Origin: Nemertoderma westbladi
Taxonomy: Eukaryota; Animalia; Xenacoelomorpha
Direction of reading: 5' to 3'
DNA length: 64,000 nucleotides
Assembly (NCBI GenBank): GCA_032718475.1
Contig: JAUCBJ010000091.1
Location: forward strand, 1-64,000
Shown piece after piece: positions 35,049 through 45,995 of the stretch (position 1 is the first letter of the stretch; each line of letters opens with the position of its first letter). Both the position numbers and the translations under genes were made by a program. The notes beneath the pieces are model-generated. The model saw only the letters and a program-made list of their open reading frames with translations, had not been told where the DNA came from and did not search any database.

Positions 35049-37008
35049 GGTAGATACTCCAGACTGGTTAGGTGGACCCGACTTCCTCTACAAAGAAGAA
35101 GAAGAATGGCCTCCTCATCTTACTACAGCAGAAATTAGACAGGCCAAGGGAGCGGAGAAAGTCAAGCCTAAAACTCAGGCGAGTAAATCGAAGTTATTCA
35201 AACCCACAGTAGATCTGTCTGTCCTACATACTTCCGGAGACGACGCTTTGGATCAGAAACCCACAGCCACAAATAAACCCGTTGTGGAAATCCGTGATAA
35301 GGATTGGAAATCTGGCATACCAGACGTCTCGCAAGGACTCTCACCTCTTCTGCAGAGAGCGATACATCACTACAGTTCCTGGAATCGGCTCTGTAAGGCC
35401 GTTACATATTTAAAGAGATGTTTTCACCATCACTACTCTGGGATGAAAACAAAGGGTGATACCGCTCCAATCACATCAGTGCAGGTCCATGTTATTAAAG
35501 ATCTTCCCAAACATAAGATACCCGACAGGTTTCTGAAGGAGAAGATCAGTTATCAGGAGCATGAAGAAACCAACAAACAGATGCTGAGACTCTTACAATG
35601 CTATGAAGATTCCGATAAGTATTTCCTGTTGTTGAGAAATCCACAGATGCGCTTAAGGGATCGTTTCTCTAGCACAAGGATAGATGGGTTGATACGTGTT
35701 GGAGGAAGGTTAACGAATGCCCCATTATCCTTTGATACTAAGTTCCCCATACTCATTAGAAATCTTGAAATACAAGTCAAGATGATTGTAGATGTTCACA
35801 GCAAACTTTATCATGCTGGTAGAGAACGAGTTCTTAGCGAAATTCGAACTCGCTATTATTTTTATAAACCCCGTAGAGCTCTGAACCAAGTTCTTAGGAA
35901 CTGTATACCCTGTAGGAAAGCATTCAGTAGGCCTTTAACACAGAGAGAGGCAAAATTACCTAGGGAACGAGTAAGCTTTTATGAACCACCCTTTACTAAT
36001 ACCGGTGTGGATTTATTTGGCCCTATTGAAGTATATCGTGCTAGGACTATAGTCAAGAGATGGTGTGTAATCTTTGTTTGTATGACTTGTAGAGCCATCC
36101 ATCTCGATATGGTGAACGATTTATCTACCAACAGCTTTCTATTAAGCTTACGACGACAGATCGCTTGCTTTGGCACTAGTAACACGATGAGATCTGATAA
36201 GGGAACAAACTTCATTGGTGCCAACAATGAAATCAAAGCTTACGTCAAAGATTGGAACCAAAGACAGGTGGACGACCAACTACGAGTAACAGCGTCTAGT
36301 TGGACCTTCAACGCCGCCGACGCCCCTTGGTGGGGAGGAAGTTGGGAGAGATTAATAAGAAGTGTGAAGACAGCATTTCATTTTATAGTGCCTTGCCGCG
36401 CTTATCTCACCGACGAACTTTTGCGGACGTTAATGGAAGAAATCGCCGCCTATCTCAACGAGAGACCGCTTATGCCAGTCTCATCGAGTCCCGATTCCCT
36501 GGAAGCGCTAACACCCGCGCACTTCCTACTGAAGAAACCTGTAGCCATGCTCCCACAATCGGAAATCACAGATGGAGACAAATACTGCCGACAAACTTGG
36601 CAACTCATGCAGTTGTTATCCCGTCGTTTCACTGACCATTTCGAAAAACATTATCTGCCCACGCTACAACTTCGAACTAAGTGGTTTGCGCAGCAAGAAA
36701 ACGTCAGCGCTGGAGACATGGTTCTTATTGTGGATGTAGATCTTCCACGTAAGCAGTGGCAGACAGGTCGTATAATCGAGACCCACATCTCGGATGACGG
36801 TTTGGTGCGATCGGTAGAACTCGTCGTCATGCGACGTAACTTCAAGAAACCGGGAATTGTCTTCGAGACGCAGCAGCTCAATCGCCCAGTTGGTCGCTTA
36901 TGTTTACTGGAAAGAGACAGAGAACTCTCCGGAAACTATGGGAGACAAGATACTCTTCCCACGACCACCTCCCTAATCCAACAAACATCTAGGGACTCCC
37001 CAACTTAA
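35047..37008 (+). CDS. Integrase of element A (with duplicated RH-IN linker)
   Basis: HSKLYH..CIPC zinc finger, GVDLFGP, SDKGTNF, WWGGSWER DDE core, LTPAHFL. Confidence 0.95.
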   Translation: MVDTPDWLGGPDFLYKEEEEWPPHLTTAEIRQAKGAEKVKPKTQASKSKLFKPTVDLSVLHTSGDDALDQKPTATNKPVVEIRDKDWKSGIPDVSQGLSPLLQRAIHHYSSWNRLCKAVTYLKRCFHHHYSGMKTKGDTAPITSVQVHVIKDLPKHKIPDRFLKEKISYQEHEETNKQMLRLLQCYEDSDKYFLLLRNPQMRLRDRFSSTRIDGLIRVGGRLTNAPLSFDTKFPILIRNLEIQVKMIVDVHSKLYHAGRERVLSEIRTRYYFYKPRRALNQVLRNCIPCRKAFSRPLTQREAKLPRERVSFYEPPFTNTGVDLFGPIEVYRARTIVKRWCVIFVCMTCRAIHLDMVNDLSTNSFLLSLRRQIACFGTSNTMRSDKGTNFIGANNEIKAYVKDWNQRQVDDQLRVTASSWTFNAADAPWWGGSWERLIRSVKTAFHFIVPCRAYLTDELLRTLMEEIAAYLNERPLMPVSSSPDSLEALTPAHFLLKKPVAMLPQSEITDGDKYCRQTWQLMQLLSRRFTDHFEKHYLPTLQLRTKWFAQQENVSAGDMVLIVDVDLPRKQWQTGRIIETHISDDGLVRSVELVVMRRNFKKPGIVFETQQLNRPVGRLCLLERDRELSGNYGRQDTLPTTTSLIQQTSRDSPT

Positions 37009-38648
37009 CAACGGCTGGAGTGGGTGTGTGACCATATTATTTTATATTTGTATTTGTTTTATTTTTATATTTATGTATGTATTATTATGTAATTTTATTT
37101 TAATCGTTTTATTTAATTTTATTTAGTAACATGTTATTTTAGCGAGCATTTAGTAGATTAGTGCAATATATTCGCATTTATTACGTAATTACTTATATTA
37201 TATATTTAGTGCGACGGCGAGAAATAATTCTTTTTCTCCTTCCTTACTGCCCGTATTACATTATAAATACGTGACTACAGTAAGATGAAATATCCGTACT
37301 TATTAAAGTACAATAACGCCACTACTATATTCAAGTATTATTGGTAGGCAGAGTATTAGGAATGCAAAGTTCAGATCCTCGTGTCTCGGCTAAACCAAGC
37401 TCTGGGTAGACCTTGGAAACGACTTGCCTCTTCACACTGACATTGCTTCGTGCGATATTGCTCTCATACCGTATATTAAATAATACATATAGTAGCGTGA
37501 TGTCCCTTTAACAGTAGCGTATAACGCAAAATAAATCTGTTAAACCCTTTGACCATCTGTAATTCTAGTCGATTAAGATATCGTGGCACCCACCGATATA
37601 CTTGAAAGACAAAATTCTAGAATCAATGGTTAACGTCCCCAGACAAGTTCTGGAATAAACTGGTGCCCATCCTAAATATTAATTATTAATATTTACAAAA
37701 ATCTGTCAAATATCAGATCCTTTAAAATTCTAGTCGATTAAGATATCGTAGCACTTACCGATACTCTTAAAAGGACAAAATTCCTAGAATCAAGGATCCA
37801 AGTTCCCAGACACGTTCTGGAATAAAATTGTGTCTATTTAACATTAAATAATAAAATTTACGGGAATAAATTTAAATTCAGATATTTTAATGAATTTAAT
37901 AAATTGTCATTTTAGACAATTTATAACATTCCCAAAATTCCATTAATTAATAGATCATGGGAGCGGAGATTCACTCTATTAAGTGTATTTGTGTGCGAGA
38001 ATCTCCAATGTATAGTCAATAGCCGATAAAATTCATAGAATCATGTATAAAGGGGATATTGACCATTAAAGAATTACTATTAAATAGCATCCCAGATCTG
38101 TATGCATGAGAATTACCCTAATTCTACCGCTAGCTTTCCATAATGTCACCATGGCAACAACCATGCTAGAATTAGAAGTGAGTTAAAAGAACAATAGAAG
38201 GCATGCCCCATTGAATAGCATAGGGAATAAATAGCGCATTGCTAGTATCCAAGGATACATAATAAATACAGTGACATTCTGGAAGGTACTGACTAACGGA
38301 CAAATGGCCCGAATGTGTGCAGTTTGTTGCAGTTGTGTTGAATTTGTGCGTTTGTAGGTGAATGTTACTACTAAGGTGTGTTTACAGTAGCGAGTCGCAA
38401 TTGTGAAAGTAACCCTAACTCTCCAAGAAGAACCTGCAGTACATCTAAGCCTTTGGGACGGACAGTGAAGTGACTTGTGCCGGTTATCGTTGTCGTTGTG
38501 TAGCTACATCGTTGGCGAAAGCACAGCGACGACGGTACATCGGCGCTGAGGATCTTACACTGTCCGGGGGCAAAAGAGGGGTAGGCAGCGACGCCCGCTA
38601 GCCTAATATATATAAACTCATTATAATATTGATAAACTCATAGCAGAT

Positions 38649-41600
38649 ATGACTGAGTTGATAGAAGATGATCTTGGTATCAGGGAGCGATATACTCTAC
38701 CTTTACAAGCGTTTGTCGATAGCTTGATACGCGGCGACGCTGGTCCAACTACTACGGAGGATGATGGTCGTTATATCGAACCGCCAATGTCCCCGGAGCA
38801 ACTTACGCGTGAATTGGATTATAGAAAGTTCACCGCTCGTTATACGCATCGTAATGGTACGTATATGGACTTCCTAACTACTGGCCACCCTATCGATTTA
38901 CACGATACGGACGATGTGGATACCAAAAGGGAAATGGTTTTATTTAAATATCATACCCAGCGGAATCGGAACGATAAGCCAAGAACAGAACACGAGAACT
39001 CTATTCGAAACAGACTCGAAAGAGAAGACGTTGAAGAGCCGGATAAACGCAACGACTTCAACGATTATCTGGAATTCTTGAGAGAAACATACCTCAATAT
39101 TGCCAGTCAACAAAATCTCGAAACTCGATATCCTCAAGGTATACATCATGATCCTATGATAGAACTCAAACGACTCTATTTCACTATGATGTATCTTAGC
39201 GCCGATCGACCGCTACCTGTTGTCCCAGATAGCTTCGAACAGATGGAGGAATATTGTAAAACTGGAGAACGATCACCCGCGTTTCCTCTGCAGGACATGC
39301 GTCTTTGGTATTACTGCGACGAATGCCCTAGACCCAATCAGCAAACGGAAAGACATAAACATCCGCGGAGACGTTGCGCTAAACACAGTTTTACACGATA
39401 TACTTACGGGAGTTTCGAGCGAAACCTGTTCGACGTGTCCCCTGCGGTCGCTCGACTCAAGCGATCCTTGAACAAACCGATGATCAGAGTTCCGGAATAC
39501 TCGGTCAGACCTCCGCATTCCTTAGTCAGACCTCAAACTCTTGACCCTAATAGTATCACGGATCCTCCCGAACTGTACTCACTGTTCAAAGATCTAGTGT
39601 TACCCGAACAGTTGATCGGTGGCACTCCGGTAGTAGGCTCACGGGACATTCGCCAACCCTACCTAGCTGGATTGGGACGTGGTCATCTAATATCGCCGTT
39701 TAACCCATACAACCGTCCCGGCTTCACCTCTATCCAACCCGTTATGGAAGTCGAAGAGAGCGTCGTACGAAACGCATTAGATGCTATTCGGCAGAAAATC
39801 GGAAAGGGAACGTACGATTGTTTGGAGAAGCGTAAATTGCAGCAACAAGTCCAAGCGGTGAAGGAATTAGCTTTACCCCAGTTCGATAGAGAAATACAAA
39901 ATCTCGAGGAGGACATCGAACGTGGACGAACCTACTCTTTACAAGAGTTTCTAGATGAGCGTCTACAACAACAAGCGGAGGAGAATCAGCTCGAGGAGAG
40001 ACATATAGAACTGGATGAGAGAGAAGAAGCGGCTTTAGCTCAACCCGAAGCGCAAATCCTTATGACGGATCTCTACTCTAAAACCATTCTTCATCCCTCG
40101 ATGGTTCCCCATTTCGGAGACAAACTTTTTGCGATGGCACAACCCCAACCGGTTGATATCAACCTAAGATCTCGAGATCTTATCGCCGACGCTCCTCTGT
40201 TGCAGCGTCCGCCCATCGAATCCGCTCGTGTCGATGGTATACTCGTTGAACCTCCGGACAATAGAGCAGATCTTGTCCGTCGCATGGTACACGATGTAAA
40301 CATACGCGCTAGACCTTTACCGGACTCGTTTTACGGGATCAAAGATCACCCTTATTACGTCAATCTAAAACAATATTACATGGTAAAACCGGAAGATCCT
40401 ACACATAGTCTGAAGTTTCTACCGCTAATAAATCCTCTCGATCTTGTCGAACTCGAACAACTGCAGAAACATCTGGATCAGTTAGTTAAAGTAAACTCAT
40501 TTCGAAAACCATATAATGTTTCCAGAATAGAGAAAGAAACAATACCTCCGTATAATCTTGATGGATTCATCAAAACTCGTTTAGTGCACTGGAATCTTGA
40601 TGTGTTATTCGAGGAGGAAAGAATACAACGATATGGAGATGAGGAAACACATACCACACAATATTTAAAGTATAAAGACCTGCCTAATGCTAGCGAATGC
40701 GCTACCTTGTGGCATCCTGTGGGAATGACACTAGAAAACGCCACAAAAGAGTGGAACGAAACTCTTAATGTTATCGAGATGTATGGAGTTGTCACTTACG
40801 ATAACGAAGGTAGCGTTCCGGTTGGAGAACTTGGAACTACGCGGATGATACATATACGAGGACTCGCTGGTTCTACCCACGTATTTACTCGAGCGTGTTC
40901 CGACGTTATTGATTATTCTTTTGAAACTCTTACTGAGACGCAAAAGAAACTCCGACATGGACAATTTGAACTCGCGCAGCATTACGTCACCGACACCGAG
41001 CGCAAACCGGCCATGGGTATCGATGGATCGATGTTACCCCAACCCGTGCTCGAGATGTTGTTTAACGAAGGAATCCTTAAAATCGGCTCAGCTGTTTATG
41101 GAGACCTACAGAACGACTTTCGGAATATGGAGAACATTCCATACCCCTTCGTTGACACTCAGCTGATTGCTCCTTGGGCAGAAGGCCGAGGTTTCTTCCG
41201 CACTATGTATGCCAATACACCCAGCGGAATTACTAAAGTACAACGAACCTCCATCGGACATCTTGCCTTTCAAGAATACGGATGGAATTTCAAGGTTGGA
41301 AATCCTATAAATTACCAACAAGTATACGGAGATCATTATTCTCGTTTATACTTTGATGGACCATTGACCGCACCTGGCGCCGTGTATAGCTTTATGAGTG
41401 TTCCACTTCGTCCCTCCTTAGCTATATACACGATCTTTGAAAACGCAGCACTTGCCGGTTGGCTAGCCGATGTGTGCAGTCGTACCATACGCGCCCATCC
41501 CTTAATACTTGGAACCAAACTCGCCAAGTTAGATGAATACAATAAATTCATCCGCTTTGAATGTTTCAGGCGCTTTCTGACTCCGTTCCGTAACATTGAT

Positions 41601-42907
41601 AGTCAGTTCAAAGACCACGCTCTGACCAAACTCAGCCTGAGAGACTCAGCGGCGGAGAAGCTAAACAGCGCGGGATTTGCCCTTTTTCAGGACATTTGTA
41701 TACAGAACTTACATTCATCTGTTATACAAAGACCCCGAATACCCACGGGTTATTCTGTCGTCGAAGTTCAGACAGTGGGTCCTCTTGCGGAGACAGCCGC
41801 ACCTACCTCAGCTATGCAATTGGAAGACGAACCAATATGCTTAGAAGCTGAAGCGATTCAACCTACAGCGCCCCGGAGCAGCGATAACGACTACGTCTTA
41901 GAGTGGTATCAAGGTCCACAATGTCTCACTGCATACGATTATCGACACGCTAACTATGTTTCTCGAAAACGTTGTCGATTATGCGCATTGAGAGACCATT
42001 TCACCCCTATGGACTCAGACGTACCCTGCTCCTATTTCCACGAACAACCGATGATGGAGATATATTGTGCGTATTGCAGACTTAATAACTCTCATATTTT
42101 TGCAGTCTGCCCCCAATTTATGACTCAATGCCACCACTGTCAACTTAAAGGACATGCCAGTTATAATTGCCCCTTTAATCACGATTTAGAGAGCGTAGAT
42201 GAAATGATTACCCTGCGCTACATCCGAGCTTGGGAAGCGAACGCGGATTTACATTGTGAGTCCCGTCATCGATACTACCCTGGACGCTCTTACGAGGGAG
42301 TTTACGCGTTCCATCCTTATTTATTAGCGTCTGTGGAACAAAAAACACGCATACCGAGTTACGAGCTAATGAAGCGTGTTGGTGAGTGTATTTCCACCAA
42401 ATTTGTTCGAAGATATCTTAGGAACGTCAACCCGATCCTAACGATATTACTTCATACCATTTGATCAATTATATCCGTCAAGACCCTGAGTATGGTGATT
42501 TATTTATCAACTCGCACCCTGAGTTACAGGAAGTATCTCGACGGCCCTACGAATATCGAGCCCGAGAACGCGAGCTGGAAAGAACTATTAAACCAAGGAA
42601 GTTTCTCACCACTCACGGTCCACCTACCGCCGTTGTCCAGACGACCCGTCAAGGACCAGTAGGAGCTGCTGTCCTAAGACGCGCCTTAAAGGCCGTTAGA
42701 CCTCGCTCCGCTGAAGTTGATATCGATCAACCAGGTACCTCGACCGGCGGATACACCGATCGCAATCCGAAACCTTCTGATGCAATTGTATTGCACCCTT
42801 CACCCAGGAGTTACAGCCCTCCTAGTAAAGTGGCTCGCCCCAAAGAGAAATGGACTCTTGCTAGCCTCAAAAAACTGCGTAAACGCCGTCCGCGTAAGAA
42901 AGACTAA
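38649..42907 (+). CDS. Accessory protein: DEDD-like (WRN/EXD/Mut-7-type) 3'-5' exonuclease domain plus CCHC zinc fingers and basic tail; probable 1-nt frameshift near 42420
   Basis: VVTYDNEG (ExoI), LFNEGILKIGSAVYGD (ExoII), FVDTQ, SIGHLA, LAIYTIFE (ExoIII-like); CAYCRLNNSHIFAVC and CHHCQLKGHASYNC. ORF 42461..42907 is open in the -1 frame from 42422. Confidence 0.72.
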
Positions 42908-42985
42908 CTGTTTAGAGTATTTTTATAATTTAGAAACTGTGATTTGTTATATTTTATAGACTTAAATCCCATTTTCTGGGAGCGG

Positions 42986-44162
42986 TGTAAAAGCTTTTGC
43001 GTAATTAACCGGTTATTTTCCCGTAAAGTACTCTGTAGTTGGTTTACCAGGCATAAAAAGGCCGTGTCCTTACTGTACTGGTGTTTTAGAGGACATAAAA
43101 GTCATTTCTTCTGTATTTGTACTTTAGAGGACATAATCCGCAATCTCGTGACGCAATAAGCTAGATACTCTTGAAAACAGTGTCGCTACCATGACGACGG
43201 CTAACAGCTGATATTGCCACGTCGACATTTCTTTGTTTCTTTGTTCTCTCGTTGTTCGGTCGACCAATCAGAGCGTTTTTTGTCTCTGTGTTGGAGGGGG
43301 ATACAGAAACTCAGTAGTTCAGTGTTATGTTTTTGCCCAGAGCCTAAGAACACCGGCTTTTCGCACCTCCGTGTTTCAGTCTTTAGCTTAACATTAGTAG
43401 GCTTAATTATAGAGTGTATATCTGTTATCATACCAAAACTCAGTTATCTCAGTTAATAATCATAACATATCAAAACAAACCGCATCATTCATACCTTAAC
43501 TTTACTGCTTTTACTGTCGGTTATTCATTATATTTGTTGATGAAATATTATATCGGAATACTGATCAATAGTCAGACACCCAACCTTCTTGATATACTAA
43601 AGGTTAGAGAGACCGGTTACAGATAAACGATTGCGACCTATGTTAAGTGGTTTGAAGTGAATCTAATGCTATTTCATAGGCCCGACATAAATTGTATGTT
43701 GCTCTCTTTATACGTGACCAAATTTAGTGAAGGTCGGCAGATTAGTGTGCAGTATTGTGCAGCATTGTGTATGATTGTAACTGATAACAAAGCATCTCCT
43801 AAAGAATGCGCCATATACATAACTCTATAGCCTTTTCGTTGTGTCTAGTTTAAGTCATAACTCTGTTTACATATTTAGAGCGCCACGTCCTAAAGGAACT
43901 GTTAATATTTCCCGAAAGTGAATAATATTTGTCAGAGATTATATATTACGATCAGTCGAATAATACGGTAGGCTTACACCATCAATCATTAAGCTTCCGA
44001 ATTCAGTCTCCCGGGTATATCCAGCGGGTGAATGATTGCGCATAGACTGGCTTCGGCTAATGTAGTGTATCAAATACTCGTCATAGGCTAAAGACTATAT
44101 ATCATCTAAAAGACATCCTAATTTGGCAGGTTAAACTGTCAAAGGTCTTAAAAGCGCAAACA
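42986..44162 (+). repeat. 3' LTR of element A
   Basis: Direct repeat of 12891-14067 followed by TSD CGTAG. Confidence 0.97.
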
Positions 44163-45427
44163 CGTAGTAATCAAGTACAGTACGAGAATCAAAGACCATT
44201 ATCTTTTACAAATAATAGACAAAATTGTCAAATAATAGTCACAAACTAACCATTGCTTTCTATGGGTCTTTGGCTATTATTTTACACATTTGCCTTTTAA
44301 AGTCAAATCAAGGAGATCCGTTTGACTTTGCTTTGCATTTTCTGTGACAGTTTTGACTTTTTCTGATTTGACGTTTTAGAAATATTTGCCTTTTTAGTCA
44401 AATCTCGCCATCGGTGCTCAGTGGGAGATGAATATAAAATGGAGAGTTAATCGAAATTATTTTTTTTGGGGGGGGGGGGGGAGGATTGACCCAGTGTATT
44501 AGGGTGATCTGGAACCCTATGCTCTTTAATTGAAACTTTGAAAATAGTGATATATTTTTATACATTACATCTACTAGAAAAGTTAATTCCTGTTCTAATT
44601 AAGCCTATACATTGCATAAACATAATACCCTTAGTATAGCGCACTTTTATAATAATTTTTATTCCTTTCGCTGGATAAATATATTTTTACAAAACACCGA
44701 AAGCTCCAATCTTTTACTGAAACATGTAAGACATCGATGAGGCGCGAGCGCTGATACAGTAGTAATCTCACTATACAATCCTTTCCCCCATGCCCAGCAT
44801 ATGTCAGGTTCGCATCAGCTCTTGGTGTCTCGAAGATATTAAGTAAAATATAGTTTTAGATGCAAACTTTATCATGTTATGTTATATTTACAAGATGGAA
44901 AGTCAATGTGGTTTTGTTTTGAGAGTCTGAAATCTACTGCTGCTATTGGGTTAATTTTTCAAAGGAATGAATAATGTGGTGGAGGGAAATTTAAACTAGA
45001 TTTTAGTTCTTTTTAAAAAATTGTATTGTTTTTTTTATTTTAGCGTTTTATCGTAATTGAGGTACCTGATGTAATATTCACCTTAATAAGTACAACCACA
45101 AATAAGTACTCTGATAGAGATACTGTAGAGCGTCATCGTGTATAGGGTTAGGTTAGTCCTATTGCCACATAACATAACAATTTTAATTAGGGTTTGGATC
45201 AGAGCCGCTAACTAAGTAAGTAAGTATTTATATTAATATTACAGTATAAACTACTGTTAATTTGAGTGGTTGTGGATCATGGTATGTTATTTGTTTTATT
45301 CCAAAATTGTAACATATTACTCAACGCCGTTAGTATTAACAGCGAGTTGTTATTTAGCACGTTACAACTTTAGAAGACATTACAGTATTGTATTGGCCTG
45401 TACCTTACTATTGTATTTGGTGTTATT

Positions 45428-45510
45428 GTTTACGTGGTAACCCATGACGGCGTTAAGTAATGTCCACTAAGGGGACATTACTTAACGCCGTCATTGGATA
45501 CCACGTAAAT
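45428..45510. repeat. Near-perfect inverted repeat of about 83 bp
   Basis: TTTACGTGGTAACCCATGACGGCGTTAAGTAATGTCC / GGACATTACTTAACGCCGTCATTGGATACCACGTAAA. Confidence 0.85.
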
Positions 45511-45995
45511 AATAGGTGGAAATTTGCCTCATAGACAGATAGGCCTACTGCATTACCTACCGGTAGGCGGGGTATAGCTATTAATAACCAGTAGGGCCTA
45601 TATCTATGAACATGGCTCCAAACGCCACCATAAATGTAAACTCTTTGGTATGATCAACCTGGAAGATTTCCTACACCTTAAAACTTGCGTTATTTACCTA
45701 CAGCATCTTAAATAGTCCCAATAGAAAGGTTCTTTTTTTCTTTCATCATTTAATCTGTCTGCACCTTGCAGATTTGTCTTGTGCTTAGATATTCTTCCGT
45801 TATGGTGTCTCCGCATGGCACCTCGGTTTACCACGTTTGTCTTCTCTGAGTGTCTCCAGATACAGTTTCAAGGTCATACGGAATCGACATGGAAAATCTC
45901 AAGCCACCGAACTGAGTCCTGCTAGTCAGTATAAACTCTAATTTTATGGTACCATACTGAGTGGCACCACTGGCTCACATTGAGCTCGCCACTTA

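Larger units (their letters stand above)
12891..44162 (+). mobile_element. BEL/Pao LTR retrotransposon, subfamily A, with accessory ORF and nested B element
   Basis: Two 1177-bp LTRs (I see 3 substitutions), TSD CGTAG at 12886-12890 and 44163-44167, domain order Gag-PR-RT-RH-IN with BEL/Pao motifs. Confidence 0.97.

Noticed and set aside
37365-37400. HDV-like ribozyme (AGA-TCCTCGTG-TCT ... GGCTAA)
   Set aside because: P1, P1.1, P4 and P2 cannot be built in the required order.
38649-42464. env gene
   Set aside because: No signal peptide or transmembrane anchor is visible; the motifs fit a nuclease and zinc fingers.
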